Source: Azolla caroliniana (taxonomy: Eukaryota > Plantae > Polypodiophyta). Taken from it: DNA of 64,000 bases. Below are positions 22,637 to 34,761 of this stretch, piece after piece (the stretch's first letter is position 1; every line of letters starts with the position of its first letter). Made by a program: the position numbers and the translations under genes. The notes under the pieces are model-generated. The model had not been told where the DNA came from. It saw only the letters and a program-made list of their open reading frames with translations, and searched no databases. Location of the stretch: the NCBI GenBank assembly GCA_043228905.1, contig JBHGNT010000015.1, positions 6,944,001 to 7,008,000 of the forward strand, given 5' to 3'.

Positions 22637-25600
22637 TGTTAGGTTTTTCTGTCCACATTAATAAGTAAATAAAATGGGCCTTGGACGCCCAAAACTTGTA
22701 TTTTTAAAAATAGTGTCAAAGGGGTTCACCCAAGAAGACGTTACATATGTACACTATGTAACTCATTCGTTTTTTAGTATGTTAAAAAGGGAAAAACAAG
22801 CATTTTCTCTGCTGCAATAGAGAAAAACAGATTTCAAAGAGCCCATACTCTCTTTCTTAGCTAATTCCTTCAATCTTTCTAAGTACACCAACACACTCAG
22901 ACATCCGGACATCGCCGTCTCCGTCATCAGTCACGTGCTATGAGTTTTGGTGGTTTTTGCGTTCCTTTTTTGTTAAGTTTTTATTTTTGAGGAAAAATCA
23001 TATTTCTCGATTGCTCATAGTACTCTAACTTGTTTAGAGTAGAACTTTGGTGTATCAGATTTATATTGATAGTGAATTAGTTCTGGAGTAGGTCCCGTGG
23101 TTTTTACCTCTTTGAGGGTTTTCCACGTTAAAAATTTGTGGTATCAGAGTAGAGGTTGAGCACTTCTTATGGAGACAAATTTTTCCACAATGGTTTGCTT
23201 GAATGGCATCAACTACCACAAATGGAAAGGTAAGATGAAAGATCTTCTTTTTGTGAAAAATCTACACTTACCTGTTTTTGCAGATCCTAAACCGGAGAGC
23301 AAAACTACCAAGGAATGACTTTTCGAGAATCAACAAGTATGTGGTTTTATTCGACAATGGGTGGGAGACAATGTCTTAAACCATATTGTGAATGAAACTA
23401 ATGCTAAAGCTCTATGGAATAAACTTGAAACATTGTATGCATCAAAGACAGGTAACAATAAGTTATTCTTGCTTAAAGAAGCAATGCATTTAGTGTATAA
23501 AGAAGGTAGTTCCATTTTAGATCATCTAAATGAATTTCAAGGATGTTTCGACCAACATTTTGGTATGGGAGTGAAATTTGATGATGAGATTAATGCATTA
23601 TGGTTGTTAAACACTCTCCCTAATTCATGGGAAACTTTTAGGGTATGCAGCCCCAAATGGAATTGTAACTACGGAATATGTCAAGAGCGGTGTTCTAAAT
23701 GAGGAGATGAGATGAAGGACACAAGGGACATCGTCACATTCGGAGGTCTTGATGGTTGAGAGAGGGAGGATTAAGCATACAAGCCAAGGTCAAAACAACC
23801 GAGAGAGGATTAGAAGTAAATCAAAACCAAGGTATAAAAATCTAGAATGTCATTTTTGTGGTAAAACATGACACATAAAGAGGTATTGTTACAAGTGGAA
23901 AAAGGAGAACCACACATCTAGCGGTAAGCATGAAAACAAAGGTAACAATTCTAATCGTGTTAATACAACTTCATCAGATGATTTACTTGTTGTTTATGAT
24001 GAAAACGTGATTAATCTTGGTCACAATGAAACTAATTGGGTTGTTGATAGTGGAGCATCGTTCCATGTCACATCTAGAAGGGAGTTTTTTACTTCTTATA
24101 CTTCAGGGGATTTTGGAGTTGTGAAGATTGGCAATGATGGTCTTTCAAAGGTGGTAGGCATCGGGACTATTTGTTTGGAAACCAACACGGGTTCAAAGTT
24201 GATTCTCAAGGAGGTAAGACATGTACCTGACATTTGTTTACATCTTATCTCAACCGGCAAATTAGATGATGATGGCTATTGCAACATCTTCAATGAGGGA
24301 CAATGGAAACTGACTAAGGGCTCATTGGTTGTAGCTCGTGGTAAGAAATGCTCTAGTTTGTATTTATTACAAGCATCTATTTCTACTAATCTTGTGAATG
24401 CAGCTGAAAGCAACAATATGTCAGAGCTATGGAATAAACGGTTATCTCATATTAGTGAGAATGGGCTTGATTGTCTAGCAAAGAAAAGCTTGCTTCCAGG
24501 TCTAAAAGATGCCAAGTTAGACATGTGCAATCATTGTGTGGTAGGAAAGCAAAGAAGAGTCGCGTTCAAACAACATTCTTCTTCAAGAAAGGAAGAGGTA
24601 CTTGAGTTGGTACATTTAGATGTTTGTGGTCCTTTAAAGGTAAAATCAATAGGTGGTGCACTCTACTTTGTTACTTTTATTGATGACTATTCTAGGAAAC
24701 TTTGGATTAGAACATTGAAAACTAAGGACCAAGTATTTAATGTGTTCAAAGAATTTCATGCTTCTGTAGAAAGAGAGACAGGAAAAAAGCTTAAATGCAT
24801 TCACACCGACAATGATGGGGAATACCTTGGAGCTTTCAATGCATACTGTTGAGAGCACGGGATTAAGCATCAAAGGACACCACCAAAAACCCCACAACTA
24901 AACGGCTTGGTGGAAAGGATGAATAGGACTCTAGTTGAAAGAGTTCGATGTTTGCTCTCGGATGCGAAGTTATCCAAATCCTTTTGGGGTGAGGCTTTGA
25001 GTACCGTTGCCTATGTTATTAACCTATCTCCTACTATTGCATTGCAAGGTGACGTTCCTAATAGAGTTTGGTATGGTAAGAATGTTTCATATGATCATTT
25101 ATGTGTGTTTGGATGTAAATGCTTTGTACATATACCTAAAGATGAACGGTCTAAATTAGATGTTAAATCTAAAGAATGTATTTTTATTGGTTATGGCCAA
25201 GATGAGTTTGATTACAGATGTTATGACCCAATAGAAAGGAGGCTCATTCGAAGTCGTGATGTGGTATTCGTTGAGGATCAAACTATCGAAGATATTGAGA
25301 AGGTCAAAGAATCTAACACTCAAGAAAATGGTGGGCTTATTTATTTTGACCCAATTCCTACGACCGAAGATGCTACATATGGAGATGCTTCCCAACAAGA
25401 TGAAAACCGTGAGGATGTTGATGAACCAGGTATTATAAATAATAGGGCTGAAGCTAATCATGATGATATTTTACCTCAAACAGGTTTTGAGCAGTGGAGC
25501 AAACTTCCTTACAAGAGGTGGTCAATGAACAACCTAGAAGGTCTACTAGAGAACAAAAACCATTTGTAAGGTATCCTAGTTCAGATTATGTTTTAATCTC

Positions 25601-27771
25601 TAATGAAGGGGAGCCTGAAAGTTATTATGATGTTTTAAATCATAAAGATAAGGATGATTGGATAAAAGCATGCACAACGAAATGAACTCATTAAAGAAAA
25701 ATAATACCTTTGATTTAGTAGAACTTCCTAAGGGAAGAAAAGGTTTGAAAAATAAATGGGTGTTTAAGTTAAAACAAGGTGATGCTAACCTTGTAAAACA
25801 TAAGGCTCGTTTAGTCGTAAAAGGTTTCGGCCAAAAGAAAGGTATTGATTTTGATGAAATTTTCTCACCAGTTGTGAAAATGAATTCTATTCGAGTTGTT
25901 TTAGGTTTGGCAGCAACTTTAAATCTCGAGATTGAGCAACTCGATGTAAAGACAGCTTTCTTGCATGGAGACTTGAAGGAAGAGATCTACATGGAACAAC
26001 CGGAGGGTTTCGAAGAGAAAGGAAAGGAGCATATGGTATGCAAGTTGAGGAAAAGTCTTTACGGCCTAAAACAAACACCGAGACAATGGTATAGAAGGTT
26101 CGATTCATTTATGGCAAGTCAAGTCATTTATGTTAAGCATTTTTCTGAAGGTAATTTTATAATTCTTTATTGTATGTCGATGATATGCTAATTGTAGGAC
26201 AAGATGTAGAAAATATCCACACATAAAAGGTGGATCTATCTAAGGCCTTTGACAAGAAAGATCTAGGTCATGCTAAGCATATTTTAGGCATGAAAATTAC
26301 TCACAATAGGGAATGTGGAAAGTTGTGGCTTTCTCAAGAAAAATACATAGAACGAGTATTAGAAAGGTTTAATATGCATAATGCAAAACCAGTAAGTACC
26401 CCCCTTACTAGTCATTTTAAATTATGTAGAAAAGACAGTCCACATACCGAGCAAGAGAAAGAAGAGATGTCCTCAATTCCTTACCCTTCAGCGATTGGTT
26501 CGTTGATGTATGCTATGGTTAGCAGAAGGCCAGATATTGCCCATGCCGTTAGTGTTGTAAGTAGATATCTCTCCAATCTGGGTAAGTCTCACTGGGATGC
26601 CGTAAAATGGATCTTTCGATATTTAAGAGGTACATCCAAATTATGTTTATGTTTTGGAGATTCTAAACAAACTCTTGACGGTTTTTCAGATTTAGATATG
26701 GCAGGGGATCTTGATGGGAGAAAATCTACTTTGGCTTACTTATTTACATTTGTAGGGGCAGTCGTGTCATGGCAATCTAAGTTGCAAAAATGTGTTGCTT
26801 TGTCTACAATAGAAGCGGAATATATTGCAGCCACTAAAGCTGCCAAAGAGATGCTATGGTTGAAATGGTTTGTTTCAGATTTGGGTTTAAGTCAACTAAC
26901 TTATGTGATATTTTGTGACAGCCAAAGTGCAATAGATCTGACCAAGAACTCAATGTACCATTCTCGTACAAAACATATTGATTTAAGGTATCATTAGCTG
27001 TGCTCGGCAATTGAAGATCAACTTCTACAACTCAAGAAAATTTACATAGATGAAAATGTTGCTGACATGTTAACGAAGGTAGTCTCTAAAGAAATGCTTG
27101 AGTTATGTGTCAAGCTGGCTGGAATGAACAAAAACTAAGTGATTCAAAGGAATCTTCTCCTATGTAGCCAGAGGTGGAGATTGTTAGGTTTTTTTGTCCA
27201 CATTAATAAGGAAATAAAATGGAACTTGGAAATAGTGTAAAAGGAGTTCACACAAGAAGACGTTACATATCTACACTATGTAACTCATTCGTTTTTTAGT
27301 GTGTTAAAACGGGAAAAACGAACATTTTCTCTGCTGCAACAAAGAAAAACAGATTTCAGAGAGACCTACTCTCTTTCTTAGCTAATTCCTTCAATCTTTC
27401 TGAAGTACACTAACACACTCAGACATCCGGACATCGCCGCCTCCATCATCAGCCACGTGTTGTGAGTTTTGGTGGTTTTTGCGTTACTTTTTTGTTGAGT
27501 TTTTATTTTTGAGGAAACATCATATTCCTTGATTGCTCATAGTACTCTAACTTGTTTAGAGTAGAACTTTGGTGTATCAGATTTATATTGATAGTGAATT
27601 AGTTCTGGAGTAGGTCCCGTGGTTTTTACCTCTTTGAGGGTTTTCCACGTTAAAAATTTATGGTGTATTATGTATTGATTTGTTCTGTATCTTTCTTGTT
27701 TTCTTTTTAAATCTTGCACAACATATTTTCTGTTTTACATAAGTGTTTAAGTGCTACTAAGTTTCGGAATA
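22637..27771 (+). mobile_element. Full-length degenerate Ty1/copia (Tnt1/Tork-like)
   Basis: LTRs 22637-23138 (U5 end deleted) and 27182-27771. TSD GTGGA at 22632-22636 and 27772-27776. PBS TGGTATCAGAG at 23139. WVVDSGAS, QLDVKTAFLHG, SRTKHID motifs; stops and frameshifts. Confidence 0.92.
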
Positions 27772-28274
27772 GTGGATATGAGGAGCGAGGTCGAGTAAAA
27801 AGCTCATAATTTCCTCGTCAAATGTCCAAATTAGGAAAGAAAAGATGAATAACAAAACTAACCTAAAGAGATTTCCAAGAATATCTTGCATGTGAAATTT
27901 GAGGCTAGAAAACATAAATAGTAAGGAAAAGAAAAGTCGACTGATATAGACAAGCATTTTTTTAGGGGAAAAAAGAAAGCAATTCTAAACCTATAAATAA
28001 GAGCCTATTCTAGTGAAGAAGGGAGGGAGGGAGAAGGAACATGGAAGCTCTACTCAATTGGAAAGCAGAAGAAGAAGGATCAACAATATCGAGAGGCATC
28101 ACGAACAAAGAAACTCCTTCTATACTCCACTCTCTTCTTTCCTCCACCTCTCTTCCCCCATTCCTTTATAAACGATCATTCATATTCTCATCCAACCCAT
28201 TGTAACATGATTCTTATATTATAAAAGAATCTATTATATTGATATAAACTAATGTTTTCTTTCATCTACTTGTC

Positions 28275-29735
28275 TTATGTGTAAATCTTGATTGTGCTTA
28301 TTTGTTATCGTCATTTGTGCTTATTTGTTTGTGTCTTCTGACAAGGGAGCGTTTCGGGCTTGCCCATGCACCCCTCCTTTCACAAAGGCATTCAAAACTA
28401 TGTGTCTTATATGTTATCGCCGTTTGTGCTTATTTGTTTGTATCTTGTCACAAGGGAGCGTTTCGAGCTTGCCCATGCACCTCTCCTTTCACAAAGGCAT
28501 TCAAAACTATGTGTCTTATACGTTATCGTCGTTTGTGCTTATTTGTTTGTGTGTCTTGTGACAAGGGAGCATTTCGGGCTTGCTTTCACAAAGCCATTCA
28601 AACTTACGTGTCTTGCATGTTAGTGTAAATCTTGCTTGTGTGTTCGTGCGACTTGTGGCAAGGGAGATTCAGGCTTGCCCATGCACCTCTCCTTTCACAA
28701 AGGCGTTCGAATTCGTGTCTTGCATGCTAGTGTAAATCTTGCTTGTATGTTCGCGCGACTTGTGGCAAGGGAGCGTTCGGGCTTGCCCATGCACCTCTCC
28801 TTTCACAAAGGCGTTCAAAATTATGTCTCCCATGTGTAAACCTTGCTTGTGTGTTCATGCGACTTGTGCCAAGGGAGCGTTCAGGCTTGCCCATGCACCT
28901 CTCCTTTCACAAAGGCGTTCGAAATTGTGTCTCTCGTGTGTAAACCTTGCTTGTGTGTTCATGCGACTTGTGGCAATGGAGCGTTCGGGCTTGCCCATGC
29001 ACCTCTCCTTTCACAAAGTCATTCGAAATTGTGTCTCCCGTGTGTAAACCTTGCTTGTGTGTTCGTGCAACTTGTGGCAAGGGAGCGTTCGGGCTTGCCC
29101 ATGCACCTCTCCTTTCACAAAGACGTTCGAAATTGTGTCTCCCATGTGTAAACCTTGCTTGTGTGTTCGTGCGACTTGTGGCAAGGGAGCGTTCGGGCTT
29201 GCCCATGCACCTCTCCTTTCATGAAGGCGTTCGAAATTGTGTCTCCCCTATGTAAACCTTGCTTGTGTGTTTGTGTGACTTGTGGCAAGGGAGCGTTTGG
29301 GCTTGCCCATGCACCTCTCCTTTCACAAACACGTTCGAAATTGTGTCTCCTATTTGTAAACCTTGCTTGTGTGTTCGTGTGTCTTGTAACAAGGGAGCAT
29401 TTGGGCTTGCCCATGCACCTCTCTTTTCACAAAGGCATTCGAAACTCTGTCTCTCGTGTGTCTAAGTAAGCCTTTTCCTTGTGTGTTCGCGTGTCATGTA
29501 ACAAGGGAGTGTTCGAGCTTGCCCACGCACCTATCTTTTCACAAAGGCATTCGAAACTCTGTCTCTCGTGTGTGTAAGTAACCCTTTTCCTTGTGTGTCC
29601 ATGTGTAAGACTTCGTCACGTGCATTCGTTTGCCTTGTGACTAGGGGTTGATTCGGACTTGCACATGCACCTCTCCTTTTCACAAAAACGTTTGAATACT
29701 CGTGCCTTGTTTGTGTAAGCCTTCCTTGTGTTGTG
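28275..29735. repeat. Tandem array, about 13 copies of a 104-110-bp unit
   Basis: Unit TGTAAACCTTGCTTGTGTGTTCGTGCGACTTGTGGCAAGGGAGCGTTCGGGCTTGCCCATGCACCTCTCCTTTCACAAAGGCGTTCGAAATTGTGTCTCCC. 104-bp period in the centre; edges diverged. Confidence 0.97.
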
Positions 29736-29817
29736 GGTGTGAGCCCTATTTCCTTCCCGTCCATAACCCTGGCAGTTCCGCCTCACGATCCCCACATAGT
29801 GACAGAATTTCACGACA

Positions 29818-31354
29818 CCGGAATCAACATACCACACCTCGCTCAATTTCGAGGTGTTCACGGACATCGAATGGTCCTGGTGCTTCATTATGAAGGTTGG
29901 GCCCGATCCATTTCCGACTGGTTCGGAGCCCTCAGCGTAGTACGATTTCTAATGCCTTCCTTTGTCTCTTCTGCTCGATCCAGCTTTGTCTGAATCAGCT
30001 CTCTTTTTCTCGTACTCGCTCTCCTTGCCACAGTACCAGCATTCCGTCGCGGCCTTCTCTTGCCGGCTTCCGGTGCCGCCATAACTCCCCCTGCTTCCGG
30101 AGGGTTCGGAACTGCTTCCAGCGTTTCGATTATGCCACACGTTATGCTCTTTACATTTGCCTCCATTGCGCCCTAATCTGCCTTGTCCACCACGACCACA
30201 GGGCCTATCTTCCTCCGTGTAAAACATCTTGTCATCGGCGTGCGCACTGGTCGATTCACCCACGTGATTTTCCTCCACAAGCAACATCGACTGAAGCTCG
30301 AAGAACGAAGGCATATTCTCCCTTGTGCAGACTACCATTCGGAGTGCACCGAACTTTGATGCTAACTCTCCAGGACAAACCTACACCATTTCCTCCTCCT
30401 CGACGTTCACATTGATGGAGGCGAGAGAATCGCAGATCTTCTTGGTTCGAGCCTTGTAGTTGGCCACAGACAGATCTTTCTGTCGGACATTGCTGAGCTC
30501 CTACCTGAGTTACAGCTTCCTAGCCGTTGTGCCAGCAGCGAAAATCCTCTTGAGATTCGCCCACGCATCCTTTGGCGTCATAGCATTGCGAATGTAGCTC
30601 AAGAGCTCGTTGCTCACACAGGACGCGAAGCAGTAAAGAACTCTGCTTGCCGCTTGTTCCCAAGCCGAAAAATCTCTGTGTGTCGATTTGGGCATTGTAT
30701 CATTAGCTGCTTCGACATAACTCCAGTAGCCGTGACCAAGAAGGTACTGGTGCATCCTGTACGACCAAGACGCGTAGTTGCTCTTGTCGAGCTTCTCAGT
30801 CAGTAGCGAGCTTCCCATTCCTCTGTCCATATTGTTGTCTTATCCTTTCCAAAAACAATAACTTAACTCTGTCTTTATCGCAAGCTTATATGTCGACTAC
30901 AGAGGAGTCTCAACCCTCGCGCTCTATTACCATGTAAAAGAATAAGTGTGCGGAAGCGTATGTGTAAGTCATAGAGTACACAGTTCGGAAGTACAACAAT
31001 TCGGTAGAACACAGAAATCACAAAGAAGGAGAGGGAGAGACAGAGACAGAAGAAAATGAAACTATATTCAAAAAATAATTCCCTAGATGTTCTCGGTACA
31101 TATTTCGTGCTTAGTGAGCACCTTTTATACAAGCCCCAACTATTCTGCTGACACAAGTACTGACAGTACTTGCTGCTCATAAATGAGCCTTCTACACTAA
31201 CTCCCAAAACTATTCCTTACGAGGAATAACGTTCTAACGACCTCCCGGTTTACCCACCACTACGGCCATGTTGTGCATACGGTTTTACACACCCAGTTTA
31301 CGTATTGGGTTATGCACCCATTTACGCACCCAATGTTGAGCTTGTCTCTCAACA
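29818..31354 (-). mobile_element. 5' part of a Ty1/copia element (LTR 30933-31354, PBS, gag-protease)
   Basis: LTR starts TGTTGAGAGACAAGCTCAAC, like 8662. Degenerate PBS TGGTAATAGAGC. TEKLDKSNYASW, CWYCGK, WYVDSG. Confidence 0.88.
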
Positions 31355-34300
31355 GTGATGCACATGAAGATGACGGCATACATACGGTGCTTCATCGATA
31401 TGAGCCTGTCCAACAACTTCAATGAAGAAAGTAAGGCTCATGTGCTCTGGGAGAAAATCGACACCATGCTGGAGAGCAAAAACGCCGTAAATCGGATTTC
31501 TGTATTCTGGAACTTGGTGAGACTTGAAGTAAATGCATTCCAAGGGCTTATAAATCTAACAATTTCACTTGAAGTACCTCTGGCCGACGATGTCCTTGCA
31601 TTGCTCCTGCTCGGTTCTCTCTCGGATAGTTGCTAGTTTCACGTTAGGGAATGCCGGGCCAAAAGGAAAGCATTTGTCCCTAGCAAGGGTAAAATCAAGC
31701 TTGCTAGATGAAGAAGCTCACCTAAAGGATCATGAATCCGGAACCGACTCGAAGGCTTTGCTTACAAAAGACAACCAAAACCGGAGAAGAGGGCGAAATC
31801 GGAATCCCCAAAACCGGGATAAATAGGGGACGAGATCAAAATCAAGGGGAAGGCCTACTTGCTTCTACTGTGGAGAGCGGAGGCATTTCCAGAAGAACTA
31901 TCGGCACTTCCGGAAAGAGAATAGGACCGATAGCACCAATTCGAAGTAGAGTTCAGACCAAAATGGTTCAGACCGGAGGGGTCCGGATCGGAAAGGAACG
32001 TCGGCAATCGCGATAAGTGAAGAAGAATTGTTGCTCATTACCAAGGAGAATGAGTTAAACCTTGTCAGCAATGATACAACGTGGGTTGTCGATTCTGGAG
32101 CATCATTCCACCTGACACCGGAATGGAAATGCTTCTCGTCCTATAGAGCCGGAGATCTTGGCTATGTTCGGATGGGGAATGAAGGGCCATGCTGAATTGT
32201 CGGCATAGGAGATGTGTGGTTGACGACATCAACCGGGTGCAAGCTATTGTTGAAGGATGTCTGATATGTTCCGGAGGTTTGGTTAAACCTGATATCAGTC
32301 GGTCGACTAGATGATGAAGCCTACACAGGTATCATCCGGAATGGAGTCATGAAATTCAGCAAAGGAAGCCTAATAGTGGCTCAAGCCTGGAAGATCAACA
32401 TGTTGTACCTGATGCACACCCAGATATGCCGGGAAGAAGTGAATGTAGCATCTGACAATGCCGGTGAGCTGTGGCACCAGAGACTGTGTCATATGAGCTA
32501 GAAGGGGATGAGAAGACTTGCCGAAGATAACCTCATTCTAGAGGTGAAACACGTGCATCCCGAGAAGTGCACCGATTGCTTGGCCGGCAAGCAAAACCGA
32601 ACCTTCTTCCGGTCAAGACCACTGATGAGACGGAATGCATCACTAGAGCTAGTGCATACCGATGTTTGTCAAGTGGACACCAAGCCACATGCCGTATCGC
32701 AATCCTTTGTGACATTCATAGATGACTACAACCGGAAGATGCGGGTCTGACCATTGAAGACGAAGGATCAGGTGTTGTTTGTCTTCAAGGAGCTCCACGG
32801 TAGAGTGGAAAGGGAAACCGGACGGAAGCTAAAGGCGGTTCGAGCATATAACGGAGGCAAATACTGGGGACAGTTCGAGGAATACTACCGGTCGAAGGGA
32901 ATCCGGCTCGAATTCACTGTGCCGAAGACGCCTGAGTTGAACGGGTTGGCTGAACAGATGAACCGGAACATAATGGAGAGAGTTTGAAGCATGTTAGCAC
33001 ATGCAAAGTTATCCAAGACGTTTTGGGCTGAGGCGTTGATGACGACAATATACGTGATTAACAGATCACCCTCAGCACCCTTGGAAGGAAATACACCACA
33101 AAGAGTATGGACCGGTAAAGATGTGTCTTACCGGCATCTAAAGGTGTTCGGGTGTCTTGCATATTTGCATATCCAAAGGACAACAGAGCAAAGTTGGACC
33201 CGAAGTCCCGGCCATGCATATTTCTTGGATACGGCGATGATTAGTTCGGTTACCGAGTGTGGGATCTGGTTGACAAGAAGGTGTTCCAGAGTCAAGACAA
33301 GGCCTTCATGGAAGACAAGACAATTTCCGACTGTGAGTCGGAGAAGAAGATGATAGAATCCAGATCAACCAACGAAAACAGGTTTGAGGACAGAAAGACT
33401 TACTCTGTTGAAAACTGAAAGTTAGCCAGTAACCGGATGGCACTCTATGAACCAACCAGATTCGGACAAGAAACCGAACTGACCGAAGAAGAAGAAGAAG
33501 AAGACACTAGAACCGAACAAAACCCCGAATCATATTCGAATGAGGAGCAAATGGAGGAACCGGTAGTCGGAAATCAAGGACGAAGATATCCTCTAAGAGA
33601 GAGAAGAGCCCCCCGGAGATTTCCAAATGTAGAGCATGTGCTGCTAACCAATGAAGGGAAGTCGGAAATCTTCGAAGAAGCAAAGAAAGACACCCACAGC
33701 CACAAGTGGTTGAGTGCCATGTAGGATGAGATGGATTCCCTGCATGAGAACCATACATATGAGTTGACGCAACTACCGAAAGGAAAGAGGGCACTTTGGA
33801 AGAAGTGGGTGTACAAGCTGAAATCGGGAGATGCCGGAAATCCACTAAGGTACAAAGCCTGGATCGTGGTGAAGGGTTTTCAATAGAAGAAATGAGTGGA
33901 TTTCGACGAGATCTTCGCCCTGGTAGTGAAGATGACATCCATCCAAACGGTGTTGAGCATAGTGGCAAGCATGGAGCTCAAGATAGATCAACTGGACGTC
34001 AAGACGGCGATCCTACATTGTGACGTTGAAGAAGAGATCTACATGCAACAACCAGAAGGATTTGAAAAGAAAGGGAAGGAGCTCAAGATAGATCAACTGG
34101 ACGTCAAGACGGCGATCCTACATTGCGACCGTGAAGAAGAGATCTACATGCAACAACCAGAAGGATTTGAAAAGAAAGGGAAGGAGCAGCTTGTGTGCCA
34201 GTTAAAGAACAACTTATATGAACTAAAGCAAGCTCCCCGACAATGGTACTAAAAGTTCTACTCCTTCATGATCGACCAAGGGCACCAGAAGACGCAAGCC

Positions 34301-34761
34301 GACGACTGCGTGTTCGTGAACAAATTTGACAGAGGTGACTTCTTGATACTCCTACTCTACGTAAATGAACTAAAGCAAGCTCCCCGACAATGGTACTAAA
34401 AGTTCTACTCCTTCATGATCGACCAAGGGCACCAGAAGACGCAAGCCGACGACTGCGTGTTCGTGAACAAATTTGACAGAGGTGACTTCTTGATACTCCT
34501 ACTCTACGTAAATGACATGTTAATCGTTGGACTGGACCAAACCAAAATTAGAAATCTGAAGAAGGCTTTGAACCAGACCTTCTCAATGAAAGATTTGGGT
34601 GTAGGGAGATAGATACTGGGGATGCACATAAGCCAAGACCGGTCGAAGAAATTGCTATCGCTATCACAGGAGAAGTACATGACAAAGGTGCTTAAATGGT
34701 TCAACATGTCGAATATGATGAAGATACCATATTCCTCTGCCATCGGAAGCTTGATGTACGC

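Larger units (their letters stand above)
14251..29817 (+). mobile_element. 3' part of an older gypsy copy of the same family (integrase, long 3' LTR 22455-29817) hosting two nested elements
   Basis: Integrase 14251-15010 resumes at 22234 (WFGLY|VVKEIE..IAGKRIKIFK). Pre-PPT motif, then TGTCG at 22455; CACGACA end at 29817. The LTR is interrupted by the copia at 22637-27771 and contains the tandem array. The LTR right end is inferred. Confidence 0.72.

Noticed and set aside
28275-29735. CRISPR-like array or repeat-protein ORFs
   Set aside because: Contiguous units without unique spacers, no cas genes and a eukaryotic context. The 104-bp unit is not a multiple of three, so the ORFs are by-products.
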